Notes: generated by a model not told the origin, from the sequence alone. Positions 36,497-46,464 are shown, counted from the stretch's first letter. The stretch: 64,000 bases of DNA from Candidatus Zambryskibacteria bacterium CG10_big_fil_rev_8_21_14_0_10_42_12 (GCA_002787695.1 PCXL01000011.1:61155-125154); one strand, 5' to 3'. Program-made: numbers and translations.

Positions 36497-37156
36497 ATGC
36501 GGAAAGGGGTAGTACTGGTTATCTTGTTGTCTCTTGTCGCAACCATTGTTTTTGGATGGTTGTGGTGGAAGACGACCAAGGTCACGCAGGAAGTCGACAG
36601 AGAGATACGTAGGTTGAGAGAGGATATACAACAATCGGAACAGGAATCACGTATAGAAGCTTTTGTCTCGTCGCAGACACAGGCTTTGACGGAAGCACAC
36701 ACGACCGATATGCGTGGACTGCGACAAGAGTTGGCTCAGAATCGACAAGAACTAGAGCGGATAGTGAAGGAGGTGGAAACTCAGAAGGCACTGATTGCCG
36801 AGCGCACTACTCGACAGGAAGTCCAAAAGGAAATAGACGCAAGAGCGAGTATCTTGGCAGATCGTCTCAAGCAGCTCGCTATACGTGTGCTCGATCTCAG
36901 TCGTCGTGTGCAAGAAAATCTGCAACTTGCTCTTGAAGCCAAAGGTGCTTTGGCGGAATTGCAAGACCATGTGCGACGTATAAAACAGGTGACCGATGAC
37001 AACACGCATGAGATACAGGAATTAAATCAAATGCATACATACCGGATTCGGACTGCCTGTGTGCTTGGATACAGCAATGATCCGGATCTTGTGCTGCGTG
37101 CGGAGCGTGTTCGCCTGTCACCTGCGGAGTTTTGTGAACAATTTTTGTCGCAATAG
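36497..37156 (+). CDS. Single-TM coiled-coil protein
   Basis: AGGAGG RBS, N-terminal TM, long heptad region, C-terminal AC...SP...CE. Confidence 0.8.
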   Translation: MRKGVVLVILLSLVATIVFGWLWWKTTKVTQEVDREIRRLREDIQQSEQESRIEAFVSSQTQALTEAHTTDMRGLRQELAQNRQELERIVKEVETQKALIAERTTRQEVQKEIDARASILADRLKQLAIRVLDLSRRVQENLQLALEAKGALAELQDHVRRIKQVTDDNTHEIQELNQMHTYRIRTACVLGYSNDPDLVLRAERVRLSPAEFCEQFLSQ

Positions 37157-37339
37157 CGACTTTCGTCGAGGAGAAGCGCTCCTCGACGAGTTTTTAATGT
37201 TTGTCAAAAAAGCAAAAATAAGCATACAATAGGGACTGCTTGTCCGGGTGATGGAATCCCAAGTAGCAAAGCGAAGCTTACTACGGGACGGGTTGGTAAC
37301 ATAGGAAAAATTACTGAGTGTTGTTTAATAATTTGGAAT

Positions 37340-37421
37340 GCCCGGGTGGCGGAACTGGTATACGCGCACGACTTAAAATCGTGTTCCGAAAGGGGTGCGG
37401 GTTCGATTCCCGCCCCGGGCA
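37340..37421 (+). tRNA. tRNA-Leu(TAA)
   Basis: GCCCGGG/CCCGGGC acceptor stem, CACGA CT TAA AA TCGTG, variable arm. Confidence 0.96.
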
Positions 37422-37628
37422 CAAGAATAAAAGAACTGGGCACGAATGTGTCTCGTGATTTTTATTCTCGCCTCGGGCGGGAATCGAAAGCCGGAGCGCG
37501 CGAAGCCGACCGTAGGTCGTGTGCGAGGCGGGGTCGCGACCTCCGTCGTGAAGATTTACCCAGCACTTATAACATAAGTGCTGGGTTTATCGAAACAGGA
37601 GAGTTGTGACCGATTCCCGCCCCGGGCA
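37422..37628 (+). mobile_element. Structured element downstream of tRNA-Leu(TAA), bounded by tRNA 3'-end copies
   Basis: Degenerate inverted copy at 37460-37488; 18-bp direct copy 37611-37628 of 37404-37421. Confidence 0.75.
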
Positions 37629-37677
37629 TCATATAAAAAGGAAATGCCCTCGCGGATGCGAGGGGCTTTATGGGGGA

Positions 37678-37851
37678 CTATGCAGCGTTGGCTGTCTCTC
37701 GGGCCAAAATAAGTTTTGGCCCGACTGGCTTGAGTTCACCACGTTTACCTATTTCAACATGGGTGAAATTTGCGAGCGTGATTAGGGCTCCTGGATTCAT
37801 GGCGACCAGGACGTCAATGACATCGTTAACAGGATAGACGCCAGGTTTCAT
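37678..37851 (-). CDS. Small hypothetical protein (57 aa)
   Basis: Manual translation MKPGVYPVNDVIDV...ETANAA*; GGAG upstream; hairpin downstream. Confidence 0.4.
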   Translation of the reverse strand: MKPGVYPVNDVIDVLVAMNPGALITLANFTHVEIGKRGELKPVGPKLILARETANAA

Positions 37852-37988
37852 TTATATTGTTACTCCATACGAAAGATCGGGCCGAGAGTATTTTTATCAT
37901 ATCCTCGTATATATGCAACATAACGCATTCATGCATGCTTCATATGTAGACTGGGGGCGTCCTTTTTGTTATATTTCTTTTGTTTTAA

Positions 37989-38061
37989 CCGCCCATAGCT
38001 CAGTTGGTAGAGCAGTCGCCTCTTAAGCGAACGGTCGTAGGTTCGAATCCTACTGGGCGGA
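37989..38061 (+). tRNA. tRNA-Lys(CTT)
   Basis: CCGCCCA/TGGGCGG acceptor stem, TCGC CT CTT AA GCGA, GGTTCGAATCC. Confidence 0.92.
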
Positions 38062-38115
38062 TGTAATTTAACTCTCGTGCTAATGTTTTTTATATTAATA
38101 TATGGTATACGCTAT

Positions 38116-38784
38116 ATGCCTTACAATATTAAATACTACAAAACATATCAGTGGAGTAAAAAGTTGGCATATATAATTGGACTTATTGCAACAGATGGAA
38201 GTCTGTCTGTTGACGAGCGTCATATTGATTTTACATCTAAAGATTTAGAGCTTATCAAAATTTTTAAAGATTGTCTGAAACTTTCAAATAAAATAGGTAT
38301 TAAGAAGAGCGGCACAAACAGAGTTTGTTTTTGTATACAATTTGGTAACAAGAATTTTTACAACTTTCTAAATTCTATAGGGATTTATAAGGCTAAATCC
38401 AAAACTATAAAAAGGATTGATATACCTAATAAATATTTTCCACATTTTTTACGTGGCTGTTTGGATGGCGATGGTAATATTGATTTATACAAACATGCAC
38501 AAAGTCAATATATGCAAATTAGATTTAGATTTGCATCTGCGAGTAAACCATTTCTAGAATGGATATTACAGGTATTAAAAATAAAATATAGTATTGAAGG
38601 AGGTTGGATTTATAGTCAAAAAAATAAATCAACCCATGTTTTAGTCTTTGGTAAGACAGACACTTTGAAAATTGGAAAAATCATGTATCATGACCATGCG
38701 AACTTATGCTTACAAAGGAAGTTTGCAAAATATAAACAATGGGCAAGTGGCGGAATTGGTATACGCGCTAGTCTTAGGAACTAG
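38116..38784 (+). CDS. Free-standing double-motif LAGLIDADG endonuclease
   Basis: LAYIIGLIATDGSL and FLRGCLDGDGNI; low GC; last 44 nt lie inside tRNA-Leu(TAG). Confidence 0.9.
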   Translation: MPYNIKYYKTYQWSKKLAYIIGLIATDGSLSVDERHIDFTSKDLELIKIFKDCLKLSNKIGIKKSGTNRVCFCIQFGNKNFYNFLNSIGIYKAKSKTIKRIDIPNKYFPHFLRGCLDGDGNIDLYKHAQSQYMQIRFRFASASKPFLEWILQVLKIKYSIEGGWIYSQKNKSTHVLVFGKTDTLKIGKIMYHDHANLCLQRKFAKYKQWASGGIGIRASLRN

Positions 38785-38822
38785 TGCCGCAAGGCTTGGG
38801 AGTTCGAGTCTCCCCTTGCCCA
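38741..38822 (+). tRNA. tRNA-Leu(TAG)
   Basis: GGGCAAG/CTTGCCC acceptor stem, CTAGT CT TAG GA ACTAG. Confidence 0.96.
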
Positions 38823-38825
38823 CAG

Positions 38826-38974
38826 TGAGTTTTCGAACGAGGACAAGGACTAGCTTGTGATAACAAGCGTTAGTCTGACTCGAAGCCTGTTTGAGATATT
38901 TTGTGAGCTGGCGAAACAAAATATCCAAACACGGGTACTGAACCTGTAAGGTTCGAGTCTCCCCTTGCCCACAG
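38826..38974 (+). mobile_element. 149-bp structured unit ending in a direct copy of the tRNA-Leu(TAG) 3' end
   Basis: 24-bp repeat GTTCGAGTCTCCCCTTGCCCACAG at 38802-38825 and 38951-38974. Confidence 0.7.
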
Positions 38975-38984
38975 AAATATTAAT

Positions 38985-39059
38985 TGGAGGCGTAGAGGGG
39001 AATCGAACCCCTGCATAACGGTTTTGCAGACCGTCGTGTTACCACTTCACCACTACGCC
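38985..39059 (-). tRNA. tRNA-Cys(GCA)
   Basis: GGCGTAG/CTACGCC acceptor stem, ACGGT CT GCA AA ACCGT, T discriminator plus CCA. Confidence 0.95.
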
Positions 39060-39430
39060 ATTGTATCTGTATCGGACTCCAGATTATCATGTTCTTTAGA
39101 AAGAAGCATGTCGATACGCTGTCTATTTTTCTCTCCTTGATCGATATGAAAATCAATAGAAGGGAGTCTCGCAACTTTATATTTTGATTTGAGAAATGTG
39201 ACAAAATCTCTCCTGTTTCTATTCGCAAATAATGAGGCTTGCTCTTCGTATGATTCAGGAAAGACGGTAAACATGACAGAAGCCTTTTTCTTATCGCTTG
39301 ATAAGAGTACGCGCGTCACGGTAATGAGAGATTTACGATTTGATTCTTGTTCAAAGAAAAGGGCTGCACTTTTTCTAATTGCTTCAGTCAGCTGTTCATC
39401 CTTTTTTGCTTTTTGTTCAGGTGTGAGCAT
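39053..39430 (-). CDS. rbfA: Ribosome-binding factor A
   Basis: LITVTRV.LSSD.KKA and RLPSIDF.ID; directly after infB. Confidence 0.85.
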   Translation of the reverse strand: MLTPEQKAKKDEQLTEAIRKSAALFFEQESNRKSLITVTRVLLSSDKKKASVMFTVFPESYEEQASLFANRNRRDFVTFLKSKYKVARLPSIDFHIDQGEKNRQRIDMLLSKEHDNLESDTDTMA

Positions 39431-40935
39431 TACTTTATTTCAATGGTAAACCCTTCGAGCGTGTCACCTGTTGCAACTTCAACACGAGATTCGAGCATGA
39501 GGCCGCATTCGTCTCCAGTCTCTGCCTTGCTTGCTTTTTGCTTGGCCTTTTGAAGTTCTTTGATGACTCCTGTGCCTAGTTTATTATCTCTTCGGTAGAT
39601 GTTTACTCTTCCTCCCAATAGAATCTCGCCTTCTTCTACACGACCGCCAATCACCTGCTTTTCTTTAGTTTTGCTAAACAGTTTGAGAATTTTGAGTTTG
39701 CCAGAAGCGACCTCAGTTTCGCTACGAGGAATACGCTTGTTCAGTATTTCATCGAGGCGTTCTGCGAGTTTGTATATGATATCAAAGCTTTCAGTTATGA
39801 TACCGTATTGTTCCGCAGTTCTTTTGGCTGCCTGATCAATTGCTACATTAAAGCCAATGACGATACCAGGAACTTTGCCAGTTACGAGACGTATGTCATT
39901 TTCAGTGATTGTGCCGATACCTGTGTGAACTATTTTTGGGAACAGACGTTCTTCATCCCATTTTGAAATTTCAAACATCACTGCATCGATACTGCCCGCA
40001 GTGTCTGCTTTGATGGCAATCGGAACTTGCAATGCATCTGCCATTTTTTCGGTTGATTCCGAACGTATATCATGTGGTTTGGCTTTGTGTGACTCTGCTG
40101 CGACAAGGGCTTCTTTTTTAGAATCAAACGTTGTAAATGTGCTTCCAACCTGTGGTAATTCAGACCAGCCAACAATACGGACAGGACTCGAGAATGTCGC
40201 TTCATCAATTGTTTTGCCTAAAAAGTTTTCAATACGCCGAACGGGCACAAAGCTGTTGCCAGACTGAATCGCCTGACCTGTTTTGAGGGTGCCGTTTTTA
40301 ATGATGAGTGTTGCACTGATGCCCTTTTTGGGATCAAGGTTGGTTTCGATTATGGCACCTGTTGCTGGTATAGATGTATCACCGGACAAATCTTCCATCT
40401 CTGCAGTGAGGAGCACTAGATCTAAGAGATCCGAAATACCTTCTCCTGTTTTAGCAGATATCGCTGCATAAGAAATATTTCCACCGTAGCCCTCGACGTA
40501 GACGTTATGTTCAGCGAGTGACTGCTTTGTGTTATCTATGTTTGCGCCCGGTTTATCAATTTTGTTGATTGCAACAATAAAGGTCAGTCCTGCTTCTTGT
40601 ATACAATTGAGTGCGTCCAATGTCTGACGTTTTACACCGTCGTCAGCTGCGACAACAAGAATGGCAATATCGGCAGCCTTGGCTCCACGTGTGCGGACAG
40701 AAGAAAATGCTTCGTGACCTGGTGTATCTAAAAAGGTGATTCGCTCGGTCTTCCCGTGCTGATCCGTGTGTTCGACTTCGTAGCTTGAAATATGTTGTGT
40801 GATACCACCTGCTTCGGTTTCAGTGATATTGGTTTTGCGGATATGGTCAAGAAGCGTCGACTTGCCATGGTCGATGTGTCCAAAAATGCCAACTACAGGC
40901 GGTCGTTTTGATTTGTGTGCGGGTTCTGTTGTCAT
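39430..40935 (-). CDS. infB: Translation initiation factor IF-2 (short form)
   Basis: RPPVV..FGHIDHGKSTLLD, EAGGITQHI, DTPGHEAF and NKID. Confidence 0.98.
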   Translation of the reverse strand: MTTEPAHKSKRPPVVGIFGHIDHGKSTLLDHIRKTNITETEAGGITQHISSYEVEHTDQHGKTERITFLDTPGHEAFSSVRTRGAKAADIAILVVAADDGVKRQTLDALNCIQEAGLTFIVAINKIDKPGANIDNTKQSLAEHNVYVEGYGGNISYAAISAKTGEGISDLLDLVLLTAEMEDLSGDTSIPATGAIIETNLDPKKGISATLIIKNGTLKTGQAIQSGNSFVPVRRIENFLGKTIDEATFSSPVRIVGWSELPQVGSTFTTFDSKKEALVAAESHKAKPHDIRSESTEKMADALQVPIAIKADTAGSIDAVMFEISKWDEERLFPKIVHTGIGTITENDIRLVTGKVPGIVIGFNVAIDQAAKRTAEQYGIITESFDIIYKLAERLDEILNKRIPRSETEVASGKLKILKLFSKTKEKQVIGGRVEEGEILLGGRVNIYRRDNKLGTGVIKELQKAKQKASKAETGDECGLMLESRVEVATGDTLEGFTIEIK

Positions 40936-41005
40936 AAAAGATCAATTCGGAGGTTACCATAAAACAGCAGCTAATGCCACGTAATATATATGTTTTATGT
41001 TTGAT

Positions 41006-41518
41006 TTATGAGAGTTTTGCGCGGGCTTCTTTGATTGCCTGCTTCTCTTCATTGGTGAGTTCAAACGTCGAAGAAAACTTTGAAAGTGGTTTGCCAAAGA
41101 GACTGACTCGTTCTCTAGAATAGAGGCTAGAAACAACAACGCCAGTACCTTCTTCGTCTACGAAGGCTGCAGCAAAACTCTGGTTGCCACCGGACCCTGT
41201 TCCTTTAAATGGATTGAAGCGGACAAGGGAGGTGCCACGCATACTACCTTTCATGCGCGCATCTAAGTTGTTAAACATGTCAGTTGCTGAATCGCGCCAG
41301 TCATCTAGTTCGTTTACGGCTTCACAGAGATCGACAATTGTTTTTTCAAGAGATACTGCACCTTTGCCTCGAACAAGGCGCGAAACACGACGAGATAGAT
41401 ATATTACAAATCCGATGAGAATGATATTTATAATAATCAAAAGCGTCACCGCTAGTGTTAGGGGATTGTTTAGAATCTCAGATCCATAGAATGTTGCTGT
41501 GTCAGTAAATGAGTTCAT
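41006..41518 (-). CDS. DUF4446-like membrane protein
   Basis: TM, then VRFNPF..GSGGNQSF...GVVVSSLYSRE and LTNEEKQAI. Confidence 0.75.
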   Translation of the reverse strand: MNSFTDTATFYGSEILNNPLTLAVTLLIIINIILIGFVIYLSRRVSRLVRGKGAVSLEKTIVDLCEAVNELDDWRDSATDMFNNLDARMKGSMRGTSLVRFNPFKGTGSGGNQSFAAAFVDEEGTGVVVSSLYSRERVSLFGKPLSKFSSTFELTNEEKQAIKEARAKLS

Positions 41519-41593
41519 CGTGAAGATTATGGCAAATCCCTTGACCTTTTACAAATGTGGTGTGGAGAAAAATATCGTGTATACTCCTTACGT

Positions 41594-42790
41594 ATGAAAT
41601 TCCCGTTTTTTCGTGGAGATAAAAAAAGGGTATATCTCGATTATGCATCGAGCACACCAATCGACCCTTCTGTGACTCGCATACTCACAGAGTCGTTTGC
41701 AGTGTTTTATAATCCCTCATCAATTCATAAAGAAGGTGTTCTCGCTCGAAACAAAATTGAGTTAGCACGAAGTGAGGCTGTCCGTTTTATCGACGCACAG
41801 CCGGATGAAATTATTTTTACTGGAAGCGGAACTGAATCGTGCGTACTTGCAATTCGAGGTGTGGTAGAGCAGGCGCGTTCTGTTGTGGGGAAGCCACATG
41901 TCATTACATCAATGATAGAACATGCATCAGTGCTCGAAACGATTAAAGATCTTGAAAGACGAGCTGTTATTCGCGCTACATATCTGCAACCAGATCATGA
42001 AGGAAGAATATCGGTAGATGACATAAAAGAGTCTATACAGGAAGACACTGTACTCATTTCTGTGATGATGGTAAATAATGAAGTGGGTACAATCGAGCCT
42101 ATAAAGGATATTGGATTGCTTGTGAGAAAGCATAAAAATGAAAAAGGATATCCGTTGTTCCATACGGACGCGTCTCAGGCGGTACTCTATAACGAAATAT
42201 CAGTATTGAAACTCCATACAGACCTGTTGACTCTCGATGGTATAAAGTGTCGCGGACCACGCGGTATAGGTTTGTTGTATGTTAAGCGCGGCATTCGACT
42301 CGCACCCGTGTTAACGGGAGGGGGACAAGAAAAAGGATTACGTTCAGGTACAGAAAATATTTCTGCAATATGTGGATTTGCGCATGCACTCACACAAGCA
42401 AAGCAAGAGAGAGAAGTGGAGACAAATCGTGTCGAGGAGGTGCGTGCATACGCAAAAATAAAGATAAAAAACGTGATTCCAAACGTTGTGTTTAATGAAA
42501 GCAAAACACACCATAGTCCTCATATCTTGAGTGTTTGTTTTCCTGCATGCGATGCTGAGTTCGTTGTTATTTCACTAGACGCTCTTGGTATTGCAGCTGC
42601 GTGGGGAAGTGCATGTAAAAGTATTCACGGAGACACGTCGTCATACGTTCTTGCCGCTATGGGCAAAGATGATTGTATGCAGTCATCAGTCCGCTTTTCC
42701 TTTGGAAAAGAAACGACAAAGAAAGATATTGATGCACTTTGTGATGCACTTGTAGAACTTGTCCACCGAAAAGTTATTACAACAACATAA
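41594..42790 (+). CDS. iscS: Cysteine desulfurase (IscS/NifS type)
   Basis: YLDYASSTP, FHTDASQA, GGGQE.GLRSGTEN and GSAC. Confidence 0.9.
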   Translation: MKFPFFRGDKKRVYLDYASSTPIDPSVTRILTESFAVFYNPSSIHKEGVLARNKIELARSEAVRFIDAQPDEIIFTGSGTESCVLAIRGVVEQARSVVGKPHVITSMIEHASVLETIKDLERRAVIRATYLQPDHEGRISVDDIKESIQEDTVLISVMMVNNEVGTIEPIKDIGLLVRKHKNEKGYPLFHTDASQAVLYNEISVLKLHTDLLTLDGIKCRGPRGIGLLYVKRGIRLAPVLTGGGQEKGLRSGTENISAICGFAHALTQAKQEREVETNRVEEVRAYAKIKIKNVIPNVVFNESKTHHSPHILSVCFPACDAEFVVISLDALGIAAAWGSACKSIHGDTSSYVLAAMGKDDCMQSSVRFSFGKETTKKDIDALCDALVELVHRKVITTT

Positions 42791-42810
42791 TATTGTTATA
42801 ATACATACAC

Positions 42811-43620
42811 ATGGAAGAACTTAATCAACACCAACTTATTTTACTTGTACTCTTAGTGAGTTTTGTCACCTCTATAGGTACAGGAATCATTACGGTCTCT
42901 CTGCTCCAAGAAGCACCTCCGGTTGTGACATCTACCGTTAATCGCGTGGTTGAAAAAACAATTGAGACAGTCGTACAAGGTCCGTCAGAAAATAATGGAA
43001 ATAATAATACTGAAACGGTACGAGAGGTTACGGTAGTGGTAAACCAAGAAGATCTGGTAACTGAGTCAATTGCACAAAATTCTAAAAGTTTGGTACGCAT
43101 TTATGAGACACGACCACTTGGGAGCGAGCGTTTTTATGGTGTAGGAATTATGGTTCCGGGCGGAGTTATTTCCGGCATATCTTCACCGTATGATGGGTCA
43201 GCAAATTATAGAATCGAATATCCAGATGGTACCGAAACGCTTGTTACAAGGGTGCAAAATACAGCAGAAGAACAATTGGCTGCTTTTAAAATAACTGATG
43301 ATACGACTCATGCACCAGTGACGTTTGGTAATTCAGCTGCACTTAAACTCGGACAGACACTTATAACGATTGGTGGAGAATCGCAAAACGTGATATCTAT
43401 TGGCACGCTTTCGTCTCTCGTCACAGATGCAAGTGGTGTGCCAACAAGACTCGATCTTTCTATTGATGAAAAAGACTCTATAGCGGGTGCTCCTGTTATT
43501 ACATTACAGGGTAATATTGTAGGTATTCGTACACGCGAAACTCTCGCAGATGGAACGGTACGCGTGCGCTATATTCCTGCTCACGTTATTCAAAGTACGA
43601 TAGCTAAAATATCCAGTTAG
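42811..43620 (+). CDS. Membrane-anchored trypsin-fold pseudoprotease
   Basis: FGNSAALKLGQ..I.IG and AGAPVITLQGNIVGI; no catalytic GNSGG or His motif. Confidence 0.65.
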   Translation: MEELNQHQLILLVLLVSFVTSIGTGIITVSLLQEAPPVVTSTVNRVVEKTIETVVQGPSENNGNNNTETVREVTVVVNQEDLVTESIAQNSKSLVRIYETRPLGSERFYGVGIMVPGGVISGISSPYDGSANYRIEYPDGTETLVTRVQNTAEEQLAAFKITDDTTHAPVTFGNSAALKLGQTLITIGGESQNVISIGTLSSLVTDASGVPTRLDLSIDEKDSIAGAPVITLQGNIVGIRTRETLADGTVRVRYIPAHVIQSTIAKISS

Positions 43621-43744
43621 AAGGTTAGAATCCTATTGCATTTTATCAATTTTTGAAGTATAATTTGCCCATCAGTTGGTGCACATTGACTGTTTTTCAT
43701 CATTTCTACACGGGACAACTGGATAATTTAAAACGTATACATAT

Positions 43745-46423
43745 ATGCCACCATTTGGAAATTTCACAACTAAAGCAAAAGAAGCAATTAAACGAGCTCA
43801 TGAGCTTGCTATTGAACGTGGACAAAACCACGTAAACCAGCTTCATCTCCTAGCCTCATTATTGCTCCAGGATGAAAGCATGGTTATTTCTGTTCTTGAT
43901 CGATTAGAAATAGACACGGTACTACTCTCTGATGTAACGGTAGAAAGTATTGAGACACCAGATGCGGGTGGAACGCTGTCTCCTTCATACCAGATTTATC
44001 TCACGCCAGAACTGGCACACACGATCGAACATTCAGCAAAGGTGGCGCGCGAGATGGGAGATGAGTTTGTCTCAACCGAGCACTTGTTCCTCGCTATCCT
44101 TGATGTGAAAGGTCCTGCTACAGAAGTTCTTGCAAAGTTTAAGATCGAACGATCTGATGTACTTCGTCTCATCAATGAGATCAAGCATAGTCGCGAAGCA
44201 GAGGTTCCTCAGCAAAAGAAATTTAAATTTCTTGCAAAATTCACACGAAATCTTACGAAGCTTGCATTGCAAAACAAACTTGATCCGGTCATTGGTCGCG
44301 ATGAAGAAATTTCTCGTATCATTCAGATTCTTTCTCGTCGTACCAAAAACAATCCTATTTTAATTGGTGAAGCTGGTGTTGGAAAAACAGCAATTGTTGA
44401 AGGGCTCGCTATTCGCATGGCGACAGGCGACGTGCCAGAGTCACTCAAAAATAAAGAACTCGTTTCTCTCGATCTCGGACTTTTGATTGCTGGAACAAAA
44501 TATCGTGGAGAATTTGAAGAGCGACTCAAAAATATCTTGAAAGAAATCGAACGCGCTGACGGCAACATCATCATATTTATCGATGAGATTCATACGATTG
44601 TTGGTGCAGGATCTGCAGAAGGGTCAATCGATGCTTCAAATATGCTCAAACCGCCACTGGCTCGTGGAGAACTCCGAGCTATTGGTGCAACAACTATAAA
44701 AGAATATCAGCAACACATCGAAAAGGATCCGGCGCTCACGCGTCGTTTTCAGCCCGTGTTTGTCGAGGAACCTTCTCTTGATGACGCAGTGACAATCATG
44801 CGTGGTCTCAAAGAACGATACGAGCTCTATCATGGTGTACGTATTACAGATGATGCAATTGTCGCTTCCGTACATCTTTCCAGTCGTTACATCGCAGACC
44901 GATTCTTGCCTGATAAAGCAGTTGATCTTATTGATGAAGCAGCATCTCACCTCAAGATCTCTCTTGAGAGTATGCCCGCTGAACTTGAAGAAACGCACTC
45001 AAAGATTGTGAAGCTTGAAATAGAAAGAGAAGCTTTGAATCAGGAAGTGAGTGCATCTACGCGTAACGCAAAAGCAAAAAAACGCATTAAAGAAATCGAA
45101 CAAGAAATCGCTGATCTCCGAGAAACGACGAGTGAGCTTGAGATGCGTTGGAAAACAGAAAAAGAAATCGTAACTGATATTAAGTCTGTAAAAAAACAAC
45201 TTGATGAACTTCGCATTGAAGCTGAGGGGGCAGAAGCGCAGGCTGATCTTTCACGCGCCGCAGAGATTCGTTATGGAAAAATTCCAACCCTCGAGAAAGA
45301 ACTTGATCAAAATACCAAACGTCTTAAAACACTTCAGAAATCACGTCGCATTTTGAAAGAAGAAATTACGGAACAAGATATTGCGGACATTGTCTCACGA
45401 TGGACCGGGATTCCTGTTTCTCGCATGCTCGAAGAAGAAGCTGAGCGACTTCAAAAAATGGAAGACGAACTCAAGAAGCGCGTTGTAGGACAAGGTGAGG
45501 CCGTGTCGCGAATCGCGGATACTATCCGACGTTCACGTGTGGGAATTTCTGATCCAAATAGACCAATCGGCTCATTCATCTTCCTGGGACCAACTGGTGT
45601 TGGTAAAACAGAACTCACGAAAGCACTTGCCGAGTTTATGTTTGACGACGAAAAAGCACTTGTCCGCGTAGACATGTCTGAGTTTATGGAGAAGCATTCG
45701 GTTTCTAAACTGATTGGTTCACCTCCTGGATATGTGGGACATGACGAAGGAAGTGCGTTTGCAGAGAAGATTCGCCATCGACCATATTCTGTCGTTCTCT
45801 TTGATGAGATCGAAAAAGCTCATCCTGAAGTATTCAATGTATTGCTTCAAGTTCTTGATGACGGTCGTCTTACCGATGGAAAGGGACGTGTGATTAACTT
45901 CAAAAACGCTATCATCATTATGACCTCAAATATTGGTGCACAGTATATTGATAAAATGGAAAAGATTGGGTTCCATGGTGGCAGTGAAGCTGAAAAATAT
46001 GCAGACATGAAGGAGAAGGTGCTTGAAGCGCTCAAAGACCATTTCCGTCCAGAATTCATTAACCGTCTCGATGAAGTCATTGTCTTTGATGTCCTCGCAC
46101 CAGAGGTGATTAGCGATATCGTACATATTCAGATTGATGAAGTGAAGAAGCGATTGCTCGAAAAAGAAATTACATTGAAGCTTACTGATGAAGCACTCAA
46201 GGAACTCGGTAAGCAAGGATACAACCCAGAGTTCGGTGCACGTCCCTTGAAACGATTGATTCAGACAAAGATTCTCAATCATGCTGCGTCACTTATTATT
46301 TCAAAAGGAATTCAGCGCGGTGGTGAGATTATGGTTGATTGGAAAAATAATGAGTTTGTCTTTGAAGTGAAGAAGGGGAGGAAGGGGAGTATCTTGAAGA
46401 AGGCATTGGTGGAGACGGTGTAA
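43745..46423 (+). CDS. clpB: Chaperone ClpB
   Basis: GEAGVGKT and GPTGVGKT Walker A motifs; long M-domain containing RAAEIRYG. Confidence 0.96.
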   Translation: MPPFGNFTTKAKEAIKRAHELAIERGQNHVNQLHLLASLLLQDESMVISVLDRLEIDTVLLSDVTVESIETPDAGGTLSPSYQIYLTPELAHTIEHSAKVAREMGDEFVSTEHLFLAILDVKGPATEVLAKFKIERSDVLRLINEIKHSREAEVPQQKKFKFLAKFTRNLTKLALQNKLDPVIGRDEEISRIIQILSRRTKNNPILIGEAGVGKTAIVEGLAIRMATGDVPESLKNKELVSLDLGLLIAGTKYRGEFEERLKNILKEIERADGNIIIFIDEIHTIVGAGSAEGSIDASNMLKPPLARGELRAIGATTIKEYQQHIEKDPALTRRFQPVFVEEPSLDDAVTIMRGLKERYELYHGVRITDDAIVASVHLSSRYIADRFLPDKAVDLIDEAASHLKISLESMPAELEETHSKIVKLEIEREALNQEVSASTRNAKAKKRIKEIEQEIADLRETTSELEMRWKTEKEIVTDIKSVKKQLDELRIEAEGAEAQADLSRAAEIRYGKIPTLEKELDQNTKRLKTLQKSRRILKEEITEQDIADIVSRWTGIPVSRMLEEEAERLQKMEDELKKRVVGQGEAVSRIADTIRRSRVGISDPNRPIGSFIFLGPTGVGKTELTKALAEFMFDDEKALVRVDMSEFMEKHSVSKLIGSPPGYVGHDEGSAFAEKIRHRPYSVVLFDEIEKAHPEVFNVLLQVLDDGRLTDGKGRVINFKNAIIIMTSNIGAQYIDKMEKIGFHGGSEAEKYADMKEKVLEALKDHFRPEFINRLDEVIVFDVLAPEVISDIVHIQIDEVKKRLLEKEITLKLTDEALKELGKQGYNPEFGARPLKRLIQTKILNHAASLIISKGIQRGGEIMVDWKNNEFVFEVKKGRKGSILKKALVETV

Positions 46424-46464
46424 AATTCATACGAAGTAACGAATAAATACACAAATTGCTACGA

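Noticed and set aside
37204-37609. ORFs overlapping tRNA-Leu(TAA), and similar ones over other tRNAs
   Set aside because: Translations of tRNA and hairpin sequence.
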